Below are positions 27,791-37,790 of a DNA stretch of 64,000 nt, one piece after another. The first letter of the stretch is position 1. Each line of letters opens with the position of its first letter. A model generated the notes under the pieces. It was not told the origin of the DNA. It did no database searches and was given only the letters and a program-made list of their open reading frames with translations. The translations under genes and the position numbers were made by a program. Origin of the DNA: Longimicrobiales bacterium (GTDB taxonomy: Bacteria > Gemmatimonadota > Gemmatimonadetes > Longimicrobiales > Gaopeijiaceae); the NCBI GenBank assembly GCA_965219445.1, contig CBDCNQ010000003.1, positions 192,001 to 256,000 on the forward strand. Reading direction: 5' to 3'.

Positions 27791-28702
27791 GTGCCGGAAC
27801 TCCCCGAGGTCACCGCGTACATTCGCGCACTCGAGCCGCGCATTCTTGGGCAGGTCCTCGAGGCCCTACGCATCCGTACTCCTTCACTGCTGAAGACCTT
27901 CGATCCGAGGGTCTCGGAGCTGGAGGGTCGCCGCCTGGCCGCCATCAGCCGCATCGGCAAACGGATCGTCTTCGAGTTGGATGGGGACCTTTTCGCCGTC
28001 ATCCACCTCATGATCGCCGGGCGCCTCCGGTGGTGTGAGAAGAGCGCGTCCGTTCCGAAGAAGCGGGGTCACGCGGCGTTCGATTTTCCCAACGGAACCC
28101 TGCTGCTTACCGAGGCGAGCACCCACAAGAGGGCATCTCTCCACGTTGTTCGTGGTGCGGAAACCCTGGCGGACCTCGATCCGGGCGGGGTCGAGCCACT
28201 GGAGGTCGATTTCCAAACGTTCCGGGAGGCGTTGTCGAGGGAGAATCGCACTCTGAAGCGGGCACTCACCGACCCGAGAATCGTCAGTGGCATCGGAAAC
28301 GCGCACTCGGACGAGATTCTGCTCGAGGCGCGGCTCTCGCCTGTAAGGCGGACTCGGCAACTCGGCGAGGACGAGCTCCTGCGCCTCTTCGAGTCCACCC
28401 ACCGCTCGCTATCAAAGTGGGTGGAGCGACTTCGTACGGAGTTCGGAGACGAATTTCCCAAAAAGATCACCGCGTTCCACGAAGCCATGATGGCGCACGG
28501 AAAGTTCGGGCAACCTTGCCCCCAGTGCGGCGCGCACATCCAGCGTATCGTACACGGGGAGCGCGAAACGAACTACTGCCCCACCTGTCAGACCGGAGGA
28601 AAACTCCTCAAGGACCGAGCGCTCTCGAAGCTTCTCCGTGACGACTGGCCGGCAACGCTGGAGGAACTGGAAGAGGGTATGGAGGCTCGACGGAGAGGTT
28701 GA
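27791..28702 (+). CDS. Fpg/Nei family DNA glycosylase
   Basis: (M)PELPEV N-terminus, HLMIAGR, SGIGNA H2TH motif, CPQC..CPTC zinc finger. Confidence 0.93.
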   Translation: MPELPEVTAYIRALEPRILGQVLEALRIRTPSLLKTFDPRVSELEGRRLAAISRIGKRIVFELDGDLFAVIHLMIAGRLRWCEKSASVPKKRGHAAFDFPNGTLLLTEASTHKRASLHVVRGAETLADLDPGGVEPLEVDFQTFREALSRENRTLKRALTDPRIVSGIGNAHSDEILLEARLSPVRRTRQLGEDELLRLFESTHRSLSKWVERLRTEFGDEFPKKITAFHEAMMAHGKFGQPCPQCGAHIQRIVHGERETNYCPTCQTGGKLLKDRALSKLLRDDWPATLEELEEGMEARRRG

Positions 28703-28714
28703 CCGGGCCCCGAC

Positions 28715-29398
28715 CTACTCGTCCTCGGCCCGCCCGGCGTCTTCGCTCCCTTCCTCCTCGTCGCTCCCCTCCGCCTTGGCCCCACGCCTTGCTTTGCTTT
28801 CGCCAGGGCTTGCGCTCCGTTTGCCTCGCCGGCTCCGGCGGCGCCCCCGGGCTCCCTTTCGGGTCGCTCTCATTTCCTCGACCGCCTTATCGAGTATCTC
28901 ATTCATCCGGGCGAGATCCTCCGGCTCCGCGCCCCACTGGAAGGCCTGATCGAAGGTGAGCTGAGCGAGCTTTGAAAACGAGCGCGAAAGTGCGCGCATA
29001 TCGCCCCCGAAGAAACGGTCCGTGAAGTGCTCGACCCGATCGAAGACGTCGTCCACGACATCTTCGTTATCGCCGAGATACGCCACGCCTTCCTCGGTAA
29101 TGGAGTAGATCTTCTTGCCGCCCTGCTCCTCGACGGTCACGTAGCCCTCGTCTTCCAGCATCTGTAGCGTGGGATATACGGATCCCGGGCTCGGCCTATA
29201 GTACCCTCTGGACTCCTCCTCGAGAGCCTTCATCACCTCGTAGCCATGCATGGGGCACTTCGAGATGAGTCGAAGAATCACGAACTTGAGATCCCCACGC
29301 TCGAAGATCTTCCATTTCATGTTTCGCCGGCGGCCCCGGCGACGAGGTCCAAAAAGGAACGCCTCGAAGTCGAACCCGTGGTCGGTCGCGCAAGACAT
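28715..29398 (-). CDS. PadR family transcriptional regulator
   Basis: RGDLK..IL, HGYEVM, PSPGSVYPTLQMLEDEG, KKIYSIT; AAGGAG RBS. Confidence 0.93.
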   Translation of the reverse strand: MSCATDHGFDFEAFLFGPRRRGRRRNMKWKIFERGDLKFVILRLISKCPMHGYEVMKALEEESRGYYRPSPGSVYPTLQMLEDEGYVTVEEQGGKKIYSITEEGVAYLGDNEDVVDDVFDRVEHFTDRFFGGDMRALSRSFSKLAQLTFDQAFQWGAEPEDLARMNEILDKAVEEMRATRKGARGRRRSRRGKRSASPGESKARRGAKAEGSDEEEGSEDAGRAEDE

Positions 29399-29465
29399 CT
29401 TGTTCTCCTTCTCTCTCCCCCCGTTCCGAGAGTCAGCGGTTTTTTAGGCTCGGTCAGGAGATCAG

Positions 29466-29513
29466 TCGATATATCACTTTTGCCTATCACGATATACTAT
29501 TCGATATATCGAA
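29466..29513. promoter_or_regulatory. Putative PadR operator array
   Basis: Perfect palindrome TTCGATATATCGAA (29500-29513) plus degenerate copies tcgatatatca and acgatatacta upstream of padR. Confidence 0.7.
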
Positions 29514-29595
29514 ACAACACCCAGAGGAATACTCGGCGGCTAGAGCTTGTGCCGTCCGGGAAGGGTAAAGAGAGTGCGCGGGGCCCAGAAGCCTT

Positions 29596-30963
29596 CTAAT
29601 TACCCCGACCCGCCCTGGGTTGTGCTCGCCGGCCAGTAGATTGAGGTGAAGAACTAGAAGACCCTCGTGCGGGCGCGGCGGATCGCCCTGCGCCCCCCGA
29701 GGAACCTGAGGAGCTGGGCCGGGCCGATCTGGCGGCGGGCGCTGCGTTACGCGACGATCCGGAGGAGCCCGGCCGGGCGGTTCTGCCCGCGCTCCCGTCG
29801 CTGCCTCTGGTGGTCGAATACCCCCCTCCCCTCACCACCCGTCCCGCCGTTGGGCCAGAGCCACTCCCGCGTCGTCCGACGACAATGATCGGACTATATC
29901 CGTATCCGTACCCTCCGTATCCGTATCCGATGCCAAAGCCTCCGAATCCGTATCCGAATCCCAGGCCGCGCCCGTATCCATATCGGCCTCCGTACCCGCC
30001 GAATCCGTACCTGCCGAAGTAGCCGGGACCATACCCGAAACGAGATCCGTAGAGAGAACCGTAGCCATAGCGTGCATATGGATCGTAAAACGGGTCTTGA
30101 AACGGGTTGAGACGCCGATCGTAACCGTGGGCTGAGCGTCCATCCCCTCCTCGGGCCACCGGGCCGCGCTCTGACGAACCACCCTCGTTGAGCACGAACT
30201 TCTCGGGGTACGAAACGCCGACTACGACGTCGATCACGCTTGGGGGAACGCCCGAATCCGCCATTTCGATCAACGCGGCGGCGTCCAGAGAGAACGCCTC
30301 CCCCCGCTCAACAACCCAAAGTTGGACGGTCTCTGGGGAGACCTTCCCGATCGCCTCGATAACGTCGCCGGGAGCGATGGGAACGGAGGCGGCCGTCCGG
30401 GCCATCCGTGTTTCTGAACGCTGAGCTCCAACCAGATCCCCCTGCCCCGCCGCCTGGAAGTCAGCCTGGGATGCAAGCCGGTATCGACCCACCCAGGGCG
30501 CACCCCGACCGTCCGCGTCGACGGTCCGGACATCCAACCACTCGAACGGAGAGACCATCGAAATCACGCCCGTCGAACTTCTGTGGACGCTGGCACCACA
30601 AGTAAGCTCCGAGCGAATGTAGATTCGGCGAGAATCGTCGGAGAATTCAGCTCGCTCCCAGCCCTCGCACTCGTCTCTGCTCACATCGTGTTCTTGCCCG
30701 TCGGTAAAGATCGACTCCCGTGACACGACCTGACCGTCCAACACGGTGAGCATCTCGATGGCCGCTTCACCGGCGAGAGGCACGACGCAAAGGACGGGGG
30801 CCTCGGCCGGCTCGTCTACGGCCCGCCAGCAACCGATCCAGGGCGCCCATCGGCTGTCTACTTCCTGTGCCGCCGCTATGGGGGCCACCATGATCATCCA
30901 GGCGCCCACGAGAATGCCGAGGGTGACCCTACGCTGCCGGTCGTCCAATGTGCTTGTCATCAT
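29596..30963 (-). CDS. Secreted hypothetical protein with Gly/Tyr-rich and Ser/Gly/Arg-rich tail
   Basis: Signal peptide AAA-Q; WAPWIGCW; YG repeats; follows the barrel gene. Confidence 0.85.
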   Translation of the reverse strand: MMTSTLDDRQRRVTLGILVGAWMIMVAPIAAAQEVDSRWAPWIGCWRAVDEPAEAPVLCVVPLAGEAAIEMLTVLDGQVVSRESIFTDGQEHDVSRDECEGWERAEFSDDSRRIYIRSELTCGASVHRSSTGVISMVSPFEWLDVRTVDADGRGAPWVGRYRLASQADFQAAGQGDLVGAQRSETRMARTAASVPIAPGDVIEAIGKVSPETVQLWVVERGEAFSLDAAALIEMADSGVPPSVIDVVVGVSYPEKFVLNEGGSSERGPVARGGDGRSAHGYDRRLNPFQDPFYDPYARYGYGSLYGSRFGYGPGYFGRYGFGGYGGRYGYGRGLGFGYGFGGFGIGYGYGGYGYGYSPIIVVGRRGSGSGPTAGRVVRGGGYSTTRGSDGSAGRTARPGSSGSSRNAAPAARSARPSSSGSSGGAGRSAAPARGSSSSSPQSTGRRAQPRAGRGN

Positions 30964-30974
30964 GCCCCTTCCGG

Positions 30975-31730
30975 TCAAAACCTGACTGCTATGCCGATCG
31001 TAGCTTGAAAGCCGCTCAAATCTAAGTCGTCGAAATTAAAGGCGGGACCCGCTTCGGCGCCACCAAAAGCGTACCTTCCCTCCACGGTCCACAGGAACCG
31101 CGGGCTGATCGAAACGTCGACTCCCGCAAATACGTGCGCTGTGGGCGCTGAACCGCTCGATTCTAGAATGAGGTTGAGGATGTCGAGGCTCGGTTCCTCG
31201 ACGAAGTCTCCCTCCTGCTTGAATCGGTACCAACGAAGACCACCTCCCACGCCGACGAACGGAGCCCACTTCTCGGGAATCCATGCGAACTGGCTGACCG
31301 CACGGCCTCGATCGCGAAGATAGAATTTCGTGCTGACAGTCACCGGTATCCTTTGGAGGGTCGTCGTCTGTTGGATCGGGAGGTTATCCAAATCCACATA
31401 CGGCCTCGACTCAGATCCGGCTTCGCTCCTCGAGAACCGGACATCCAGAGCGATGTCCAGACGCTCATTCCCTCGGAAGGCCAACTCGAGTCCCCAGGTA
31501 GAGGCATCGAAGTCGCGCTTACTCAGGGTAAAGTCATCGAGGGCTCGCGTCAGCACGGCGCCGCCAGCGTGGGCGCGCGCGTATCCTGCGTGGAACCCCA
31601 CCTGAACCCCCGGCTGTTTGAAGAGGAAGCCCGGACCACCCCCCTGAGCGGCGGTGGGAGCGGGGAGAAGCGGGAAAGCGGCAGCGAGCAAGAAAACCGT
31701 CGCTCGCACTCGACTCAAGTGACGCATCAT
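30975..31730 (-). CDS. Outer membrane beta-barrel protein (OmpW/OmpA-like)
   Basis: Signal peptide, alternating beta strands, PFVGVGGG, C-terminal VRF; GGAGG RBS. Confidence 0.85.
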   Translation of the reverse strand: MMRHLSRVRATVFLLAAAFPLLPAPTAAQGGGPGFLFKQPGVQVGFHAGYARAHAGGAVLTRALDDFTLSKRDFDASTWGLELAFRGNERLDIALDVRFSRSEAGSESRPYVDLDNLPIQQTTTLQRIPVTVSTKFYLRDRGRAVSQFAWIPEKWAPFVGVGGGLRWYRFKQEGDFVEEPSLDILNLILESSGSAPTAHVFAGVDVSISPRFLWTVEGRYAFGGAEAGPAFNFDDLDLSGFQATIGIAVRF

Positions 31731-31785
31731 GAAGCCCCTCCCCCGATTCATGTCAGGTTCGACACTAGCCACGGCTGCAGTTAGC

Positions 31786-31800
31786 GCAAGACGCATGCCG
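31786..31800 (-). promoter_or_regulatory. Putative sigma-54 promoter
   Basis: Minus strand CGGCATGCGTCTTGC = GG-N10-GC, close to TGGCAC-N5-TTGC, about 55 bp upstream of the barrel ATG. Confidence 0.6.
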
Positions 31801-31967
31801 GATTCAGAAGGATGTTTTCGGCCAAATTCCCCATCACTCAACCAGATTTCGGCTCCGTACGTGGACAGCCTATGTCACCCGCTGGGGACATCGGTTCGAA
31901 GGAATAATTCGTTCCGCTGCATGCCATCGGTGCTAGTGTGGTGTCCCACACTTCGGGGAAACGACAC

Positions 31968-32295
31968 TTAGGAGGCGGGTGAGGCCTCGGGGTCCGATGC
32001 CAGCCCGCGCTGGCCTCCGGACAAAAGCGAAGCCATCGCCAGCGCGTAGAACAGTCCGGCGAGCAGCACGAGGGCGCGGAGCCCGGTCCACATCGACATG
32101 TACTCCAGGCAGCCCCCAAGGACCGCTCCAAGGAGATTCGATCCCAGAGAAGCCGCCGGCTTCGCCGTTTTCTGCAACCGCGTGCTCACGATCACGCCAG
32201 CGAACCCGATCGGCAGCCCCACCAAGGCTGGCGAGCCATCGGATGAAGGCGAGTTCGAGGGCGAGAAGGCCAAAGGTCCTCGGGCCGAAGAGGGC
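31968..32295 (-). pseudogene. Collapsed remnant of a spermidine-synthase-like fused membrane protein
   Basis: N-terminal FGLLALELAFIRWLA in one frame joined near 32229 to C-terminal LPIGFAG...GSNLLGAVLGGCLEYMSMWTG in another; stops upstream. Confidence 0.7.
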
Positions 32296-32526
32296 TCATT
32301 ATCAGCCCCGGAGCTCTCGGTACGCCACCGACTGTTCAACACTAACAACCGAAGCCAGAACACCGTACAATTCTGTTTCGGCACAGGGTCAGGGTACACG
32401 TCTCGCGCAGGTCTTGGGGTTGGGCCCATGTGCCCTTACTTTCTAACGGAAAATGATTGGCGGCGGGCAGCCGAGAGGGTCTCGGTGTGATCTGGAACGC
32501 CACCCACAGATCGTAGAGGATTTCAC

Positions 32527-32952
32527 ATGAAGCGTACTTCTCCCGCCTTTGCCGGGCTAGTTCTGGCATTCCTCGCTTGCGCTCGCGCCCCATCTATGTC
32601 CGGGGGTATGGCTGACCCTGAGCGCGTTGCTGATGCTGTAAGTATTCCTGAGCCCGCGGCTTTTACTGATGAGATGGTCCGAGAGGGCCAACTGGTGTTC
32701 TCGGGCGCCGGCATCTGTGCGGTCTGCCACGGCCCGGGTGGCGGTGGAGGCATCGGACCGGACCTAACGGACGCTGAGTGGCTTCTGGGCGACGGCGAGT
32801 ACGAAGAGATCGTTGATCGGATCATGCAAGGAGTCTCGGCTTCCGAGGCCACGTTCCGCCGGGGCGCCACCATGCCTCCGAAAGGTGGGGCGGCCATCAC
32901 GGACGCTCAGGTCGAGGCGGTCGCGGCCTATGTATATACGTTGAGTCACTGA
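32527..32952 (+). CDS. Monoheme class I c-type cytochrome lipoprotein
   Basis: FLAC lipobox; CAVCH, GPDLTD.EWL, TMPPKGG. Confidence 0.92.
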   Translation: MKRTSPAFAGLVLAFLACARAPSMSGGMADPERVADAVSIPEPAAFTDEMVREGQLVFSGAGICAVCHGPGGGGGIGPDLTDAEWLLGDGEYEEIVDRIMQGVSASEATFRRGATMPPKGGAAITDAQVEAVAAYVYTLSH

Positions 32953-32994
32953 GAACGAGTGCTCTCATGGACGCCTAGCCCGCTGCCTGCCCTC

Positions 32995-33234
32995 CTACCG
33001 CGATCCTGTAATAGAATCGTAGGCCCGGGCGCGCGCAGCGGCCTGATCGCTGGCGTTGAGTGCCCTCCCCACACCCCTCGCTCCTGGGATCGGAAGGTCC
33101 GCGATGATCTCATTCTTCTGCCGGCGTGTCAGGGTGTCGGCGGCATTGCTGGCACTGGCGTCACCCAAGGCGTCGCACCCGAGGGCAAGAATGGTCAGAG
33201 CCGCCAAAGCGGCCATCGAAACTCTCTTGTACAT
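32995..33234 (-). CDS. Small hypothetical lipoprotein
   Basis: GGAGG RBS; ALGC lipobox; 79 aa. Confidence 0.8.
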   Translation of the reverse strand: MYKRVSMAALAALTILALGCDALGDASASNAADTLTRRQKNEIIADLPIPGARGVGRALNASDQAAARARAYDSITGSR

Positions 33235-33288
33235 GGTAAACCTCCAACGCGCTTCACCTCATAAGCCAGCGGCACGGAGGTACAGGAT

Positions 33289-33804
33289 CTAAGGCAGATC
33301 CCGCGGCCGGACAAACTCTTTCAGGCTTCCGCATCCGCTTTCGACGTCTTTCCAACGATCGACACGAAGCTCGATAATTGCCAGTCCCGCGGTTGGGAAC
33401 TTGGCCCTCATGAGGTGAACCCTCTCCGGTGGACCCTCGCCGGAAAGGGCAGCGGCCAGCATCCCTGTTCCCGGGTTATGGCTCACCAGGAGTACCGACT
33501 CCACCGTATCGGGCACAGACCGGACGAGATCGAGCATCTCACCCGGACCCGACAAGTAGAGCTCCTCCGAGAACTCGACCGCGGGCTCCGTCTCTAACTC
33601 GCAGAGCACGCCGTCCAGTGTCTGCCTTGTCCTTACGGCCGTGGAGCAGAGAACCAGATCAGGCAGATGACCCGCCTCCTTCATATGTGCCCCGATTCGG
33701 GGAGCGGCGGCACGGCCCCTTTTGTTGAGAGGGCGGTCATGGTCGGGGAGTGAGCTGTCGTCCCAGGACGACTTCGCGTGGCGAAGCATATAAAGCGTCT
33801 TCAT
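33289..33804 (-). CDS. sixA: SixA phosphohistidine phosphatase
   Basis: LRHAKSSW, DHDRPL, STA.RTRQT, HNPG, KFPTA. Confidence 0.9.
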   Translation of the reverse strand: MKTLYMLRHAKSSWDDSSLPDHDRPLNKRGRAAAPRIGAHMKEAGHLPDLVLCSTAVRTRQTLDGVLCELETEPAVEFSEELYLSGPGEMLDLVRSVPDTVESVLLVSHNPGTGMLAAALSGEGPPERVHLMRAKFPTAGLAIIELRVDRWKDVESGCGSLKEFVRPRDLP

Positions 33805-33906
33805 CGTGCCACCTATTCGGGATTTCTAAACATTTGACGGAAAGCGTGGTAGTATACGAATATCGTCCTCCGGGGCGACATCCCTTCGGAACCAGGAAGC
33901 TGATAC

Positions 33907-36033
33907 GTGGCAAAGGCCGCCGAGAAAGACCTCACCTCAATCGGGCTTCGGTCGCGGAAGCGGTTCATCAACCGGGAGCTTTCCTGGTTGGCGTTCAATG
34001 AGCGAGTGCTCGAAGAGGCGATGAATGAGCACCACCCCCTCCTCGAGCGTCTTCGGTTCCTTTCGATCTCCGGGACCAACCTGGACGAATTCTTCATCGT
34101 TCGGGTGGCAGGCCTCCGAGCCCAGGTCAGGGCCGGCGTAAGGTCGCTCAGCCAGGACGGCCGAACGCCCCTCCGGCAGTTCGGCCAGGTCAACAGCCGT
34201 GCGATCACGCTCATGGTCCGGCAACAGGAAACCTGGCAGGTGCTGAAGCGGGAGCTGGCCGAGCATGGGGTCACCGTGCTCCATCCGTCGGACCTCGATG
34301 AGAAGGCGCAGCTATGGCTCGATGATCACTTCAGTCACGAGATCTTCCCTGTCTTGACCCCGCTGGCTGCGGACCCAGCGCACCCGTTCCCGTTCATACC
34401 CAACGGCGGAATGAGTTTGGCGCTTTCGCTGCGGCGTGTCGACGACGGGGCCTCGATGTCGGCGCTGCTGCCCTTGCCGGGCCAGATGCCACGCTTCATC
34501 CGGCTACCGGGGAGGCCCAAAAAGGCCAACTTCGTGAAGGTCGAAGACGTGATCTGTCGGCACCTCGATGCACTGTTCCCCGGCTTCGAGGTCGAAGAGG
34601 TCGAGCACTTCAGAGTCCTCCGGGACTCGGATGTGGAAATCGAAGAAAAGGCGGAGGATCTGCTCCTCGAGTTCGAGTCCCTGGTAAGACGGCGGAGAAG
34701 AGGATCGGCTATCTCCCTCCGCGTATCGTCGTTCATGTCGAAGGAGATGAAGGACTCCATCATCGAGGAGTTGGATGTCCAGGAGGAGAACGTCTTCCAG
34801 GCCAGTAGTCTCCTGGGCATCGATGACCTGAAGCAGTTGATCGTATCGGAACGCTCGGACCTCCTGTTCGAACCCTTCGTGCCGCGTCTCCCCGAGCGCA
34901 TCCGGGATTTCGATGGGGATCACTTCGCCGCCATCCGGGCGAAGGATCTGCTGGTTCATCATCCGTACGAGAGCTTCGATGTGGTCGTCCAGTTCGTACG
35001 CCAGGCGGCGCGTGATCCGGATGTGGTGGCCATCAAACAGACGTTGTATCGCACGAGCGACGACTCATCGATCGTCCGGGACTTGATCGAAGCTGCCGAA
35101 TCCGGGAAGAACGTGACCGCCTTGGTCGAACTGAAGGCGCGCTTCGACGAAGAGGGGAATGTTCGGCTGGCGCGCAAGATGGAGGCGGCAGGGGTCCACG
35201 TGGTATACGGCGTTCTGGACCTGAAGACGCACGCCAAGATGGCATTGGTCGTTCGGCGCGAAGGGGGCGCGTTGCGCTCCTACGCACACTTCGGCACCGG
35301 GAATTATCACCCGGACAACGCGCTGGTGTACACCGACCTTTCCTATTTCACCTGCGACGAGGAGCTGTGCCGCGACGCTGCCCGCCTCTTCAATTTCACG
35401 ACCGGGTACGGCCGCCCCCGCGATTTGGACAAGCTGGTCGTCGCACCCTTCCATCTTCGGGACACCTTGATTCGCCTCGTCGACGAGGAAGTCGAGCACG
35501 CTGAGGCCGGTCGGCCGGCAACCATCTGGGCCAAACTCAACTCGCTCGTGGACGGCAAGATCATCGACGCCCTGTATCGGGCTTCTGGGGCGGGCGTCCA
35601 GATCCGTCTCGTGGTGAGAGGGATCTGCTGCCTCCGGCCGGGCATCCCCGGGCTATCGGACAACATCACAGTTCAGAGCGTGGTCGGGCGCTTCCTGGAG
35701 CATAGCCGCATCGTTTGCTTCGGCAGCGGGCATGCGCTGCCCTCGGCCCAGGCGAGGGTCTACATCTCGTCCGCCGACTGGATGCCCCGCAACCTCGATC
35801 GGAGGATTGAGCACCTGGTTCCCATCGAGAATCCTACCGTCCACCGACAAATTTTGGCGGAGATCATGGGAGCCAACCTCCAGGATAATTTGCAGAGCTG
35901 GGACCTCCAGCCGGATCGGACCTACCTGAGAAGTGAAGCCGGCGATGATCCTTTCGGAGCACACCGCTACTTCATGTCCAGCCCAAGTCTTTCAGGCCGG
36001 GGAACCGCGCTGAAAGACCAACCTCCGACGTAG
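33907..36033 (+). CDS. ppk1: Polyphosphate kinase 1
   Basis: RFINRELSWLAFN, NLDEFF, HHPYESF, ELKARFDEE, KTHAK, GTGNY, RFLEHSR, SSADWM. Confidence 0.97.
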   Translation: MAKAAEKDLTSIGLRSRKRFINRELSWLAFNERVLEEAMNEHHPLLERLRFLSISGTNLDEFFIVRVAGLRAQVRAGVRSLSQDGRTPLRQFGQVNSRAITLMVRQQETWQVLKRELAEHGVTVLHPSDLDEKAQLWLDDHFSHEIFPVLTPLAADPAHPFPFIPNGGMSLALSLRRVDDGASMSALLPLPGQMPRFIRLPGRPKKANFVKVEDVICRHLDALFPGFEVEEVEHFRVLRDSDVEIEEKAEDLLLEFESLVRRRRRGSAISLRVSSFMSKEMKDSIIEELDVQEENVFQASSLLGIDDLKQLIVSERSDLLFEPFVPRLPERIRDFDGDHFAAIRAKDLLVHHPYESFDVVVQFVRQAARDPDVVAIKQTLYRTSDDSSIVRDLIEAAESGKNVTALVELKARFDEEGNVRLARKMEAAGVHVVYGVLDLKTHAKMALVVRREGGALRSYAHFGTGNYHPDNALVYTDLSYFTCDEELCRDAARLFNFTTGYGRPRDLDKLVVAPFHLRDTLIRLVDEEVEHAEAGRPATIWAKLNSLVDGKIIDALYRASGAGVQIRLVVRGICCLRPGIPGLSDNITVQSVVGRFLEHSRIVCFGSGHALPSAQARVYISSADWMPRNLDRRIEHLVPIENPTVHRQILAEIMGANLQDNLQSWDLQPDRTYLRSEAGDDPFGAHRYFMSSPSLSGRGTALKDQPPT

Positions 36034-36062
36034 AAGCTCGACTTCTTCAACAGCCTTCAGGG

Positions 36063-36668
36063 TCAAACCCAGAACGCTAATTTGAGCCGCTCCCACACTC
36101 CGAGCGGCTCACCCGAGCCCGAGCAGGTAGCGGGATCTTCGCGCAGGTTGTACTCACCGGCGGTCGTTGCGACCTGATCGAAGCGACTCTCCCCCAATTC
36201 ACTCAGTGACTCCGAACCGAAGCTGATGAGGAGCCGGTCCTCGGAAGCGATCAGTTGATTGTGTGCCGAGGTGAGCGCTCTGCCATTGAGGACGTATGTA
36301 AAACGGCCGTCCTCTCCGTCGAAAATCCGGGTGCCATCATCCAGAATCAGGTACCCCTCACCGAGCCCGATCCCGAGGTTGCCGGCGAGATGCCCCCAGG
36401 TCGCTCCGAGATGGTGGACGTGGACCACGTCGTAGTTGCCCTCGTGCATGTGCACGCGTGACTGGGGCGTCACCTGGCCATCCACCGTATAGCAACTCGA
36501 AATCTCTTCCATATATCGCTGGTCCGAGAGATCCAAGTGCTCGCCATCGATATAGATGGCCCAGTTGGCATGAAAGTGAGTCGCCTCAGGGGGAGGAACG
36601 CCCAGGAAGCGCGCCACTCCGAGCGCCAAGACGCCGAGCGCCATACCGACCCACAGTCCTTTAGCCAT
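36063..36668 (-). CDS. His-rich membrane-anchored hypothetical protein
   Basis: N-terminal TM; HFHA, VHMHE, VHVHH, two Cys; GGGGAAGG upstream. Confidence 0.75.
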   Translation of the reverse strand: MAKGLWVGMALGVLALGVARFLGVPPPEATHFHANWAIYIDGEHLDLSDQRYMEEISSCYTVDGQVTPQSRVHMHEGNYDVVHVHHLGATWGHLAGNLGIGLGEGYLILDDGTRIFDGEDGRFTYVLNGRALTSAHNQLIASEDRLLISFGSESLSELGESRFDQVATTAGEYNLREDPATCSGSGEPLGVWERLKLAFWV

Positions 36669-36875
36669 TACCTTCCCCCGTGTCGCTCCCGCAGCTCGCG
36701 GTAGGCTACTGTAATATGATAGTGCGATGCCCAAGAAGTGTCTCGGCTATGGATCTCGCTGCGTTCGATCGTCTCGCGGTTGACTCGGCGCTCACGACGA
36801 GCATGAAGGTCGCTCGGCTCGAACACCGATGCATGGAACCCTGGAGTAGACCACCATCAGCATGAGTCCTTCGAA

Positions 36876-37790
36876 ATGAACTGGAGCACCGTGAGTAGCG
36901 AGGGCGCCCGCGACGAGCTGTCGCGTGCGATCTCGGCCCAGATCGTGCGTGCGACGGAGGCCTTGGAGGTGGGGACAGACCCGGCGTCTTCCGTGCACGA
37001 GGCACGCCGGGCGATCAAGCGTGCGCGAGCACTCCTCAAGCTGGCCGACCCGTGGCTGAGGAACTCGCACATCGATCACATGTTACGCGATGCGAGTCGA
37101 ATCCTCGCGGTGCTCCGAGATGCCGACGTAATGGTCCTGACCGCCGAAGGCATCCGTCAGGGCCCTGAGGCCGCTGAGCCGAACGTCGTCCCCGTACACC
37201 TGCTCGAGTCTTTGGAAGAGGAGAGGCGGCGGCTCTTCACCGAGTCGGGCTCAGCAGATGGACCACTCCCCGCAGCCAGTGAACTGCTGAGGTCGGTCGC
37301 GCCGGAAATCGGGGAACTGAGGGCACCCGAGATCACGGCCGGGCACGGGCCAACGGCCTTGAGCGGTGTGGAGCTCCTACGGTTCGGTCTCGGTACTTCG
37401 TACACGTCCGTTCAAGCACGATCCGATCCGACAGCGGGTGAGGGACCAGAGGACGAGCGATCTCACAAGCTCAGAAAGCGGGCCAAGGATCTACGTTATC
37501 AACTCGAGTTCCTGCACACCGGACAACCGAAACTCGGCCGGCTGGTCAGGGATCTCCACCATCTCACCGATCTCCTGGGCGATAGAAACGACCTGGCCAC
37601 ACTCTCGACTTACACGGCTTCTGCCGACGTATTGGGCGACATCGAGCGTGCAGCGTTGAAGGTCCATGTCGAGGGATTGAAGCAGACGCTCCGATCGGAG
37701 GCGGGGGCGCTGAGCGCCCGACTATTCGAGGAAGAGCCGGATTCGTTCGTTGCGCGAATCGAGGCGTGGGTGACCTCACCTCAGGGATAA
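36876..37790 (+). CDS. CHAD domain protein
   Basis: VHEARRAIKRARA, LRDADV, HKLRKRAKDLRY, LGDRND. Confidence 0.9.
   Translation: MNWSTVSSEGARDELSRAISAQIVRATEALEVGTDPASSVHEARRAIKRARALLKLADPWLRNSHIDHMLRDASRILAVLRDADVMVLTAEGIRQGPEAAEPNVVPVHLLESLEEERRRLFTESGSADGPLPAASELLRSVAPEIGELRAPEITAGHGPTALSGVELLRFGLGTSYTSVQARSDPTAGEGPEDERSHKLRKRAKDLRYQLEFLHTGQPKLGRLVRDLHHLTDLLGDRNDLATLSTYTASADVLGDIERAALKVHVEGLKQTLRSEAGALSARLFEEEPDSFVARIEAWVTSPQG

Noticed and set aside
32240..32295. Plus-strand peptide DEGEFEGEKAKGPRAE resembling a cold-shock protein C-terminus
   Set aside because: No RNP motifs upstream; better explained as the antisense of the LELAFIRW remnant.
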